Below, one piece after another: positions 23,338 through 30,731 of a DNA stretch of 32,000 nt. The position numbers and the translations under genes were made by a program. Within the stretch, counting starts at the first letter, position 1, and the number at the start of each line of letters is the position of its first letter. Source of the DNA: Candidatus Woesearchaeota archaeon (lineage in GTDB: Archaea; Nanobdellota; Nanobdellia; Pacearchaeales; GW2011-AR1). The stretch spans positions 13,063 through 45,062 of the forward strand of contig CAZGIL010000003.1 in the NCBI GenBank assembly GCA_964526265.1. The letters are read 5' to 3'. The notes beneath the pieces were generated by a model. It worked only from the letters and a program-made list of their open reading frames with translations. It did not search any database and was not told the DNA's origin.

Positions 23338-24027
23338 ATGATAATAAAACTTTTAATTGAAGGAGGAGGCATGAAGCCAGGACCCGCTCTTAGCCAGAAG
23401 ATTGGACCTCTCGGAATAAATATGGGACAAATAATTTCTAAGGTAAATGAAGCCACAACTAGCTTTAAGGGTTTGAAGGTTCCGGTAGAAATTGATGTTG
23501 ATCCAACAACAAAAACTTTTGAAGTTAAAGTTTTTTCACCTCCCGTTTCAGAGCTAATAAAAAGAGAGCTTAAAGTTGAAAAGGGTTCCGGAGAACAAAA
23601 AAAGCTTCAAATTGCAAATGCTTCTATAGAACAAATGATTTCTATTGCAAAAACAAAAATGCCCAATCTTCTTTGTAAGAACTTGAAAGAGGGGGTTAAA
23701 TCTGTCGTGGGAACTTGTACAAGTTTAGGAGTTTTAGTAGAAAACAAACCAGCTTCAGAGGTTGGAATAGAAATAGACGAAGGAAAGTATGATAAAGAAA
23801 TAAACGCCGAAAAAACAGAAACCTCTCTAGAAAAGAGAAAAGAATTGGATGCTTATTTCGCTGATTTACACTCTGCACAAGAGAAGAAGATAGAGTTAGA
23901 GAAGGCTGCTGCTGAGGCGGAGAAAGAAGCTAAGGCTGCCGAAGCTGCTGGTGCTGTTAAACCTACAGAAGGAGCGGCTGTTCCTGCGAAAGTAGAAGTA
24001 AAAGCGGAACCGGTTACTAAGAAATAA
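23338..24027 (+). CDS. rpl11: 50S ribosomal protein L11 (uL11) with ~70-aa Ala/Glu/Lys-rich C-terminal extension
   Basis: KLLIEGGGMKPGPALSQKIGPLGINMGQI and the downstream core are uL11. 229 aa in total. Confidence 0.9.
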   Translation: MIIKLLIEGGGMKPGPALSQKIGPLGINMGQIISKVNEATTSFKGLKVPVEIDVDPTTKTFEVKVFSPPVSELIKRELKVEKGSGEQKKLQIANASIEQMISIAKTKMPNLLCKNLKEGVKSVVGTCTSLGVLVENKPASEVGIEIDEGKYDKEINAEKTETSLEKRKELDAYFADLHSAQEKKIELEKAAAEAEKEAKAAEAAGAVKPTEGAAVPAKVEVKAEPVTKK

Positions 24028-24028
24028 C

Positions 24029-24036
24029 TTTATAAA
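24029..24036 (+). promoter_or_regulatory. TATA box TTTATAAA of the LAGLIDADG gene
   Basis: Immediately after the L11 stop and 31 nt upstream of the ATG at 24060 (leaderless spacing). Confidence 0.45.
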
Positions 24037-24059
24037 TTCTTTTGGGGTACTTTGATAGC

Positions 24060-24938
24060 ATGAAAAGGTATACCATCTCCAGAAAACTGAAAAATTATAT
24101 TAAATCTGCTTCATACACAATTCGTGAGATTAATCGGATGGCAGGGTTCGATATAAGGAATATTCTTAATAAAAATATAAGCATTAATGAGGTCCATCTT
24201 AAAAAGTTGGAAGATATTTTTAAAATAAAGTTTCGATTAAAAGAAATTCATTTTCACCCCGAGACAAATTTTGGATTTCTGCCAACAGATGTAAAAAAGA
24301 GGTTTAACTGCTCCGCGCAGTTAGCAGAATTTGTAGGGATTATGCTGGGGGATGGAAATCTTGACAGAAATCGAGTTAAAATTTCTTTGGATAAACGGGG
24401 GACGAATTATATAAGATATGTAAAACACCTTTTTAAAGCCCTATTTGGCGTAGAATTAAAACAAGTTAATGTATTAAACACAAATCAAACACACCTCCAT
24501 TATTATAATAATTGTTTGGTAAATGATTTGCTTAAATATGGGCTTAAACGCGGGGATAAAATAAGGAACAAGATAAGAATACCCCAATGGATTAAATTTA
24601 ATTTAAATTACTCGAGGTCTTGTATTCGTGGGCTTATCGACACCGATGGTTGTATTTACTTTTGCAAACGGGAAAGAAAGATTTATATCAAATTCACTAA
24701 TTTTAATCCCTTTCTCCTCAAGGATTTTTCTATTTTAACCACGGCATTGGGCTATCATTTTGTTAAGGCAAATAAAAAGAACAAAGCTCTTTATAGAAAA
24801 GATGAAGTAGTAAGATTTATTAAAGAAATAAAACCACTTAAAAGTGAGGGGATATGGGCCAACCTGGTTAAGCTTCGAGGTTTGGGACTTCGCGATCCCG
24901 GTTCAAATCCGGGTATCCCCATCACCCCCAATAAATAA
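24060..24938 (+). CDS. LAGLIDADG-family homing-endonuclease-like protein with N-terminal HTH; 3' end overlaps tRNA-Pro
   Basis: Two LAGLIDADG motifs: LAEFVGIMLGDGNL and CIRGLIDTDGCIY. N-terminal helix-turn-helix-like YTIREINRMAGFDIRNI. No in-frame stop until 24936-24938. Confidence 0.85.
   Translation: MKRYTISRKLKNYIKSASYTIREINRMAGFDIRNILNKNISINEVHLKKLEDIFKIKFRLKEIHFHPETNFGFLPTDVKKRFNCSAQLAEFVGIMLGDGNLDRNRVKISLDKRGTNYIRYVKHLFKALFGVELKQVNVLNTNQTHLHYYNNCLVNDLLKYGLKRGDKIRNKIRIPQWIKFNLNYSRSCIRGLIDTDGCIYFCKRERKIYIKFTNFNPFLLKDFSILTTALGYHFVKANKKNKALYRKDEVVRFIKEIKPLKSEGIWANLVKLRGLGLRDPGSNPGIPITPNK
24848..24921 (+). tRNA. tRNA-Pro (anticodon UGG); no encoded CCA
   Basis: Hand fold. Acceptor GGGGATA/TATCCCC. 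Anticodon stem CGAGG/CTTCG with loop TTTGGGA (G37). T arm CCCGG-TTCAAAT-CCGGG. Discriminator A. GC-rich relative to its surroundings. Confidence 0.9.
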
Positions 24939-25004
24939 AATTGGTAAAGGGAAAAAGAATGAAAACAAATAATTTAAAAACCAATTCAGCGGACTAGTAT
25001 TAAC

Positions 25005-25223
25005 ATGCCAAACAAATTAAAAAAATCAAAATCAGCAGGAAGATTTGGGGCAAGATACGGTAGATCTGTGCGTTCTAAGGTGGTTGAAGTTGAAGTAAAG
25101 CAAAGAAAAAAACAAACCTGCCCTTTTTGTAAAAGAGCTGGAGCAAAAAGATTATCTAATGGAATATGGGAATGTTCAAAATGCAAAAAAAAGTTTGCTC
25201 ATAATACTTTTTACTTAGATTAA
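25005..25223 (+). CDS. rpl37ae: 50S ribosomal protein L37Ae (eL43)
   Basis: SAGRFGARYGRSVR plus the zinc ribbon CPFC...CSKC. Confidence 0.93.
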   Translation: MPNKLKKSKSAGRFGARYGRSVRSKVVEVEVKQRKKQTCPFCKRAGAKRLSNGIWECSKCKKKFAHNTFYLD

Positions 25224-25224
25224 A

Positions 25225-25362
25225 ATGGTAACCTACAAGTGTTTCAAGTGCGAGAAGAAGATAACAGACAAAGTTCTTGAGAAGAGATTTGTTTGTCCTT
25301 ATTGTGGAAGCAAGATTTTCTACAAGCCAAGAACAGCGGTTAAGAAAGTTAAAACAGACTAA
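25225..25362 (+). CDS. rpoP: DNA-directed RNA polymerase subunit P (Rpo12/RpoP)
   Basis: Hand translation gives MVTYKCFKCEKKITDKVLEKRFVCPYCGSKIFYKPRTAVKKVKTD (45 aa; C..C...C..C zinc ribbon). Conserved position between L37ae and prefoldin beta. Below the ORF-track cutoff. Confidence 0.8.
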   Translation: MVTYKCFKCEKKITDKVLEKRFVCPYCGSKIFYKPRTAVKKVKTD

Positions 25363-25363
25363 A

Positions 25364-25678
25364 ATGGAAGATAAAATCCAGGAACTTCAAGTTCTTGAAC
25401 AAAGTCTGCAAAACATTCTTATGCAGCGCCAGGCTTTCCAGATGGAGCTTTCAGAAACAGAGTCCGCTCTCGAAGAAATGGAAAAAGCTGGAGATGAAGT
25501 TTTCAAAATTGTTGGTCAATTGATGATTAAATCAAATTCTACAAAAATTAAGGAAGAACTTCTAAATAAACAGAAAATTATTGAATTGCGCCTTAAGAAT
25601 TTGGAGAAACAAGAAGATTCTATGACGAAAGAAGTGGAAAAGTTAAGAAATGAGTTAATAAAGTCTTCTAAGAAGTAG
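25364..25678 (+). CDS. pfdB: Prefoldin subunit beta
   Basis: 104-aa coiled coil-hairpin-coiled coil: MEDKIQELQVLEQSLQNILMQRQAFQMELSETESALEEM...VFKIVGQLMIK. The ATG at 25364 lies 1 nt after the rpoP stop. The track's longer ORF overlaps rpoP. Confidence 0.85.
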   Translation: MEDKIQELQVLEQSLQNILMQRQAFQMELSETESALEEMEKAGDEVFKIVGQLMIKSNSTKIKEELLNKQKIIELRLKNLEKQEDSMTKEVEKLRNELIKSSKK

Positions 25679-25711
25679 GTGGAGTAATAGATATACAAAA
25701 CTTACGAAATC

Positions 25712-25719
25712 TTTATAAA
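25712..25719 (+). promoter_or_regulatory. TATA box TTTATAAA of sepF
   Basis: Lies within the 15-mer AAATCTTTATAAATC (25707-25721), which recurs at 27255-27269. 29 nt upstream of the ATG at 25741. Confidence 0.5.
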
Positions 25720-25740
25720 TCTGCCCTAGTTAAAGTTTAC

Positions 25741-26133
25741 ATGGTGTTTGATAGACTTAAAAGGGTGTTCTCAGGAAGTTCTTCTGGAGACGCTATGGGC
25801 GAAGATTACGTAGAGATAGATCTAGGAAGAGAAGAAAAGGAAAATAAGGTGATGGTTAAGGTTTTCATGCTTAGACAATACGAAGACGTAAATAAAATTC
25901 TTAACGCCTTAAGAGAAGGCTACACAATTGCTATTGTTGATTTTAAGGTACTCAAACAGAAAGATCCTATAGAGCTTAAGAGAGCGGTTTCAAAGATAAA
26001 GAAAACAGTTGACGCTCTTGAAGGAAGCATTGCAGGACACGATAATATTGTTATTGTAACCCCTTCTTTTGCGAAGATATACAAGGAAGTAGAGCCAGAT
26101 AAAAACGAACCGAGAAGCAAATTCGACGATTAG
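25741..26133 (+). CDS. sepF: SepF-like cell division protein (DUF552)
   Basis: 130 aa. VMVKVFMLRQYEDVNKILNALREGYTIAIVDF...AVSKIKKTVDALEGSIAGHDNIVIVTP matches the SepF core layout. Confidence 0.75.
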   Translation: MVFDRLKRVFSGSSSGDAMGEDYVEIDLGREEKENKVMVKVFMLRQYEDVNKILNALREGYTIAIVDFKVLKQKDPIELKRAVSKIKKTVDALEGSIAGHDNIVIVTPSFAKIYKEVEPDKNEPRSKFDD

Positions 26134-26167
26134 TAATCTTTATAACTTCTTTAAATTATTTCTATTT

Positions 26168-26791
26168 ATGAAAATAATATACATTCCCGCAAGTTCAAAA
26201 AGGGTTATTAAAGAAGAACTAATCAAAGAGATTTCCAAAAAACTTCCCAAGAAAATAGCTCTCGCTTATTCAATACAATTTAAACACTCCGCTGAAAAAG
26301 CAAAAAAAATTCTAGAGGAAAACCATAAAATAACTCTGTTTACACAAGTTCTTGGTTGTTCAAAACCATCTTTTCCCAAAGAAACACGGGCGATTCTTTT
26401 AATCAGCAACGGTAAATTTCACGCGGTTTCTTTAGGGTACGAATCTAAGCTCCCAGTTTTTATTTTAGATAACAATAATTTTGAAAAAATTTCGGAAAAG
26501 GAGATAAGCTCTATGGAAAAAAACGAAAAGGCTTCCTATGTAAATTTTCTTAATGTCGAGAGCGTAGGAATATTAGTAACAAACAAACCCGGACAGCAAA
26601 GGCTGAAGAGAGCCATCGAGTTTAAAAAAACACTAAGGAAAAAATCATATTTATTTCTCGGTAATAATCTAGAAACTTCAGAATTTGAAAACTTTGGGCT
26701 AAAAAGCTGGGTTAATGCCGCATGTCCAAGGATGGATCTTAATGATTTTAGAATTATTAATTTAGATAAAATAAAAGATCTTAAACGTTAG
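26168..26791 (+). CDS. dph2: Dph2-like diphthamide synthesis protein, short form (207 aa)
   Basis: QVLGCSKP, ISNGKFHAVSL, GILVTNKPGQQR and WVNAACPRMDLND resemble domains 2-3 of archaeal Dph2 (2-(3-amino-3-carboxypropyl)histidine synthase). Confidence 0.6.
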   Translation: MKIIYIPASSKRVIKEELIKEISKKLPKKIALAYSIQFKHSAEKAKKILEENHKITLFTQVLGCSKPSFPKETRAILLISNGKFHAVSLGYESKLPVFILDNNNFEKISEKEISSMEKNEKASYVNFLNVESVGILVTNKPGQQRLKRAIEFKKTLRKKSYLFLGNNLETSEFENFGLKSWVNAACPRMDLNDFRIINLDKIKDLKR

Positions 26792-27170
26792 CGATAGAAA
26801 ATACTGTCTTTAATGCTACAACAATTGTTGCGGGGACGAACAACGCAAGAAGTGCCGCAAAGGTTGAAGTAACCACATCTCCAACACCTATTCCTATTAA
26901 AGAACCCCTCACACTTTCCATACCAAATCGGCTTACTATAACCAAGACAGTTCCCGCAAGCATGAAAGTGTGTGATTCTTTACTTGTGATATTAAGGAAA
27001 CCAACAATCAACCCAAGAATAATTAAAACTGCATAAATTTGTGCGCTGTACTTTGTTACTGCTGAAAAAGATAATAAAGACGAAGCACTCAGTCCGATAA
27101 TTATCGCAAGAACAACTCCGATTAAGAACATCCATGCTCCAATCGAATTTTCTCTAGATTTGAGTACCAT
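26781..27170 (-). CDS. Small polytopic membrane protein (4 predicted TM); function unknown
   Basis: 129-aa hydrophobic ORF with an ATG start, convergent with dph2 and overlapping it by 11 nt. Confidence 0.55.
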   Translation of the reverse strand: MVLKSRENSIGAWMFLIGVVLAIIIGLSASSLLSFSAVTKYSAQIYAVLIILGLIVGFLNITSKESHTFMLAGTVLVIVSRFGMESVRGSLIGIGVGDVVTSTFAALLALFVPATIVVALKTVFSIANV

Positions 27171-27259
27171 TTTATATATTAATAGGAGTATTGAAATATA
27201 TAAACTTTTCCAGTTTTTAAGAAAGACGCAAAAGAATTATATGCTAAAGAATACAAATC

Positions 27260-27267
27260 TTTATAAA
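27260..27267 (+). promoter_or_regulatory. TATA box TTTATAAA of the surface-protein gene
   Basis: Within the 15-mer AAATCTTTATAAATC at 27255-27269. 34 nt upstream of the ATG at 27294. Confidence 0.5.
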
Positions 27268-27293
27268 TCATTATAACTCAGGAATGACTACAA

Positions 27294-28928
27294 ATGAAAA
27301 GCAAAAATTTTGCATTGTTTGGTTTGAGTGTACTCGCCGTCGTAGTTTTAATGAGTTTGGCTAGTGCTGCGAGTTTGGCAATTACGAATGTAACTTATGA
27401 TGCTTCTATTGATGAAGGAACAACTTCTTTCAATTTTTTATTTAACTTAACAAATACTGGTGTTGAAGCAAATGTTTCTTTTGATTCTTCAACAACTTCA
27501 AAAGGAACAATAACTATCCCTGAATTGACAAATCTTTCTGAAAATGAATCTACTATTGTTATTGGAACAATTACGGGAATTTCTGCAACCGCTACAGGCA
27601 GTGTTGACGTTTTAATTCATGCTAACCCAACCGGAAATGGAGATAACAAGACCGCAAGTTTTTCTGTAACAATTACTCCAACAATAGACGATTTCTGCGA
27701 AGGAACCGCCAATAAAGGGGAATTATCTGTTGAAATAAGAGACATACAGGTTAACGAAGGATTCGGAGATGACGATGAATTCTGGTATCCTTTTGATGAG
27801 GTTGAAATTGAATTTAAGGTTGAAAATAACGGGGATTGGGATATTCAGAATGCAGATATTGAAATTTGCTTATTTGATGTTGATAAGGATAGATGTGTTT
27901 ATGATGAGGGGGATATGGATTTATCTGAAGACAGTCCAGATATTGACTCTGGAGATGATGTTACTATAACTGCAACCTTCACAATAGATGCTGATGATTT
28001 AGTGGGGGGAAATGAGGATTATATTATCTATGTAAGGGCAACAGGGGAAATTGATGACAAGGATAGCCCCTTTGACGAAGAAGATACATGTTCTTTCGAT
28101 TCAGAAGATATTGAAATAAGAACAAATGAAAATTTTGTTCTTCTTGGAGATTTAGATTTTTTAGAAATAGTTAGTTGTGCAGGGGAACTTAGAATAACTG
28201 CAGATGTTTGGAACCTTGATGACAGCAAAGCAAAGGATGTTGTAATAAATGTTTATAATAAAGAACTTGGGCTAAACAAAGATATTGAAATTGGAGATAT
28301 AGGTGACTTTGATTCGGAGTCTTTTGACTTTAGTTTCACAATCCCTTCAAGTGCTACAGAGAAGTATTATGGCATAGTTTTAACTGTTTTGGATGATGAT
28401 AACGATGTCTACCAGAATTCGGAAGATGATGATTCAGAGTACACTCTTCCGGTAAAGGTTGAAGGAGGTTGTAGTACTTCTCCAACCGTAAGTAATGTAA
28501 TTGTTAGCGCTTCTATACAGTCTGGAGGAAAGGCAGGAGAAGATTTAGTTATCAAAGCGACAATAACAAACACCGGAACAAGCACTGTTACCTATCTTGT
28601 AGGCGCTGCTGGTTACGGAAGTTGGGCATCTGCAGCAACTGTAAGTCAGAGCTCATTGACACTTGCATCAGGACAATCTCAAGAGGTTTTAATCACAATC
28701 AAGGTTAACAATGACGCAAAGGGAGATAACACTTTCAATATTGAACTATTGTCAAACGGACAGTTAGCACTTAGCCAACCAGTTTCGGTTACAATTGATG
28801 GAAGTGGAAGCTTTTCTCTTTCAAGCATCTTCGGAGATAACTGGTACTTATGGTTAATCGGAGCAATTAATGTTATCCTTGTAGTCGTAATCATAATCGT
28901 GGCAATCAGAGTTGCAAGGAAAGAGTAA
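27294..28928 (+). CDS. Large acidic secreted surface protein (S-layer/adhesin-like) with signal peptide and C-terminal TM anchor/sorting region
   Basis: Signal peptide MKSKNFALFGLSVLAVVVLMSLASAAS. Asp/Glu-rich beta-rich repeats, including CARDB-like GEDLVIKATITNTGTSTVTY. C-terminus GSGSFSLSSIFGDNWYLWLIGAINVILVVVIIIVAIRVARKE. Confidence 0.75.
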   Translation: MKSKNFALFGLSVLAVVVLMSLASAASLAITNVTYDASIDEGTTSFNFLFNLTNTGVEANVSFDSSTTSKGTITIPELTNLSENESTIVIGTITGISATATGSVDVLIHANPTGNGDNKTASFSVTITPTIDDFCEGTANKGELSVEIRDIQVNEGFGDDDEFWYPFDEVEIEFKVENNGDWDIQNADIEICLFDVDKDRCVYDEGDMDLSEDSPDIDSGDDVTITATFTIDADDLVGGNEDYIIYVRATGEIDDKDSPFDEEDTCSFDSEDIEIRTNENFVLLGDLDFLEIVSCAGELRITADVWNLDDSKAKDVVINVYNKELGLNKDIEIGDIGDFDSESFDFSFTIPSSATEKYYGIVLTVLDDDNDVYQNSEDDDSEYTLPVKVEGGCSTSPTVSNVIVSASIQSGGKAGEDLVIKATITNTGTSTVTYLVGAAGYGSWASAATVSQSSLTLASGQSQEVLITIKVNNDAKGDNTFNIELLSNGQLALSQPVSVTIDGSGSFSLSSIFGDNWYLWLIGAINVILVVVIIIVAIRVARKE

Positions 28929-28959
28929 ATCCTTTAAACTTCGTTTTTCTTTTAGTTTA

Positions 28960-29514
28960 ATGAATAAGTTTACGGATATTTTCATTAGATACCTGTTAAT
29001 GATTGTTATTGTAGTCCCAAACTTATTTATTTTCTATCTTGTTTTTACTCCAATTACCATTTATTCAACTTACCTTTTATTTAGTTTATTGGCTAAAGCT
29101 TCATTATTTGGGGCAAATATTTTTGTGAATAATATTTCATTTGAAATTATAAACGCGTGTATTGCGGGTTCTGCATATTATCTTCTTTTCATTCTTAATC
29201 TATCCATTCCGGACATCAAGATAAAAAAGAGGATGGAAATGGTTTTGTTTGCATTTTCTGTATTTTTTATCATTAATATTCTAAGGATTGTGCTTCTCGG
29301 ATTCCTTTTTATTAGTAATTTCGCTTTTTTTGAGATTACCCATATAACCTTTTGGTATTTTTTGAGTACCCTTTTTGTTGTTGGAATATGGTTTTGGGAA
29401 GTTAAGTTATTTAGAATAAAACAGATCCCATTCTATTCGGATTTTAAATTTATATACGGTAAATCTTCACTATCCAAAAATTCTAAGAACGCCAAGCGTA
29501 CCAAGAAGAATTAG
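28960..29514 (+). CDS. Miniature archaeosortase/exosortase-family transpeptidase
   Basis: 184-aa polytopic ORF with the ordered Cys-Arg-His signature: FEIINACIAGSAYY, IINILRIVLLGF, FEITHITFWYF. Start ATG at 28960, 31 nt after the surface-protein stop. Confidence 0.65.
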   Translation: MNKFTDIFIRYLLMIVIVVPNLFIFYLVFTPITIYSTYLLFSLLAKASLFGANIFVNNISFEIINACIAGSAYYLLFILNLSIPDIKIKKRMEMVLFAFSVFFIINILRIVLLGFLFISNFAFFEITHITFWYFLSTLFVVGIWFWEVKLFRIKQIPFYSDFKFIYGKSSLSKNSKNAKRTKKN

Positions 29515-29949
29515 TATTCCTGCGATTATAACTCCTAAAGAGATTGCAATGATGCTCTCTCTTCTCCTTAAATCCAAAAGCCAGGCTAGTAAACAACCCG
29601 TCCACGCTCCCGTTCCAGGAAGAGGAACAGCGACAAATAACACAAGCGCTAAGAAACCAAGGGATTCGTATCTTTCTTCAAATTTGTCTACCTTCTTTCT
29701 AAATCTTTTGATGAACGCCCCAAAAACTTTTCTATAGGGAGAAAATTTCATAAAAAGGGAGTGAAGATTGTCTAGGAAATAAAATATGAAAAATATAACC
29801 AGGATATTTAAGAATAAAATCATTAGGAAAACAGAATAGATTGGAAGATTGTTATCTATAGCATAAGCAATTGCAAGTGGCAATCCCACCCTTAATTCTG
29901 TTATAGGAAGTATTGTTAAAATCGCCGCATAAAGAAGACGTAAATCCAT
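29470..29949 (-). CDS. Small membrane protein of the COG2426 / putative small multidrug export family
   Basis: ITELRVGLPLAIAY and VAVPLPGTGAWTGCLLAWLL are family hallmarks. ATG 29949 is preferred over the track's TTG 29982, leaving 1 nt after the upstream stop. Confidence 0.65.
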   Translation of the reverse strand: MDLRLLYAAILTILPITELRVGLPLAIAYAIDNNLPIYSVFLMILFLNILVIFFIFYFLDNLHSLFMKFSPYRKVFGAFIKRFRKKVDKFEERYESLGFLALVLFVAVPLPGTGAWTGCLLAWLLDLRRRESIIAISLGVIIAGILILLGTLGVLRIFG

Positions 29950-29950
29950 T

Positions 29951-30661
29951 TTATCCGTTCTGGAAATCGGCCAGATTTTCAAGCATCATTTTTTCGGTAA
30001 CCTCTAGGGCTTCACAATTCGCAATATTAAAATCATAGCAAGAATTACCTACCTGTTCTATGCTACTTTTATCTGCTTCTTTTAAGTAAATATATGTATA
30101 CCTTCCAGCAGGGTCGCATGTCGCATTTTCGTCTTTAATTACCTCTACCTTGAAGAAGTTAAATAGGGTAATCATATTAGCAACTCCAATAATTCCCATT
30201 CCTCCACAATTAAAATCCGAAGTAGAGTTTAATACAACTGTCTTTTTAAGGGAGAAATCTCCAATGAATGGAACATCATTCTTATTAGGATTAATTCTCA
30301 AATAAAAATTATAATCCGCTACCTTGTTATCATCCTTATCCAGAACCGGAAGTTTTGTGTTATAAACTAACAGTTGTCCCTCTTGTACTAGTTTAAATTT
30401 TACCCCCTTATATGTGGGGTTTTTCATAGAATTTGTAATTAAAACCCCCACAATCAAAATAACCATTATAACCCCAACGGCAATCAATATATTTCTTAAA
30501 ATTTTATTTTCTTTAGAAATCTCTTTTTTTCCTGCATGCTCGATTGGAATTGTTCCACACCCTTTCTCAAGTTTTTCTTTCCCTTTTTTTCCAACTTCAA
30601 ATATTTCACACACTTTTTCTCTTTTTTTCACGCCCCTTTTCACAATTTTCTTTTTTACCAT
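29951..30661 (-). CDS. Membrane-anchored secreted protein (Lys-rich N-terminus, one TM, Cys-containing ectodomain); paralog of ORF 31428-32000
   Basis: 236-aa ORF with TM ILIAVGVIMVILIVGVLI. The ectodomain shares YKGVKF, NPNKNDVPFIG, ATCD and NSCYD blocks with the other ORF. Confidence 0.55.
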   Translation of the reverse strand: MVKKKIVKRGVKKREKVCEIFEVGKKGKEKLEKGCGTIPIEHAGKKEISKENKILRNILIAVGVIMVILIVGVLITNSMKNPTYKGVKFKLVQEGQLLVYNTKLPVLDKDDNKVADYNFYLRINPNKNDVPFIGDFSLKKTVVLNSTSDFNCGGMGIIGVANMITLFNFFKVEVIKDENATCDPAGRYTYIYLKEADKSSIEQVGNSCYDFNIANCEALEVTEKMMLENLADFQNG

Positions 30662-30731
30662 GAGTATATCTCAGATTTGATGTTTATAAAATTATTTATC
30701 TATTGAGTTGACACAAAATATTTATTAAAAT

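Noticed and set aside
24041-24059. TTTGGGGTACTTTGATAGC upstream of the LAGLIDADG ATG, considered as a displaced 5' tRNA-Pro fragment (which would imply an intron or split tRNA)
   Set aside because: Only GGGG matches the tRNA acceptor (GGGGATA). No D-arm sequence follows, and the downstream tRNA-Pro is already complete and foldable.
25277-25363. Long form of the prefoldin ORF (25277-25678)
   Set aside because: The extra 29 codons lie inside rpoP in another frame and begin at a non-ATG codon. MEDKIQEL at 25364 is the expected prefoldin beta start.
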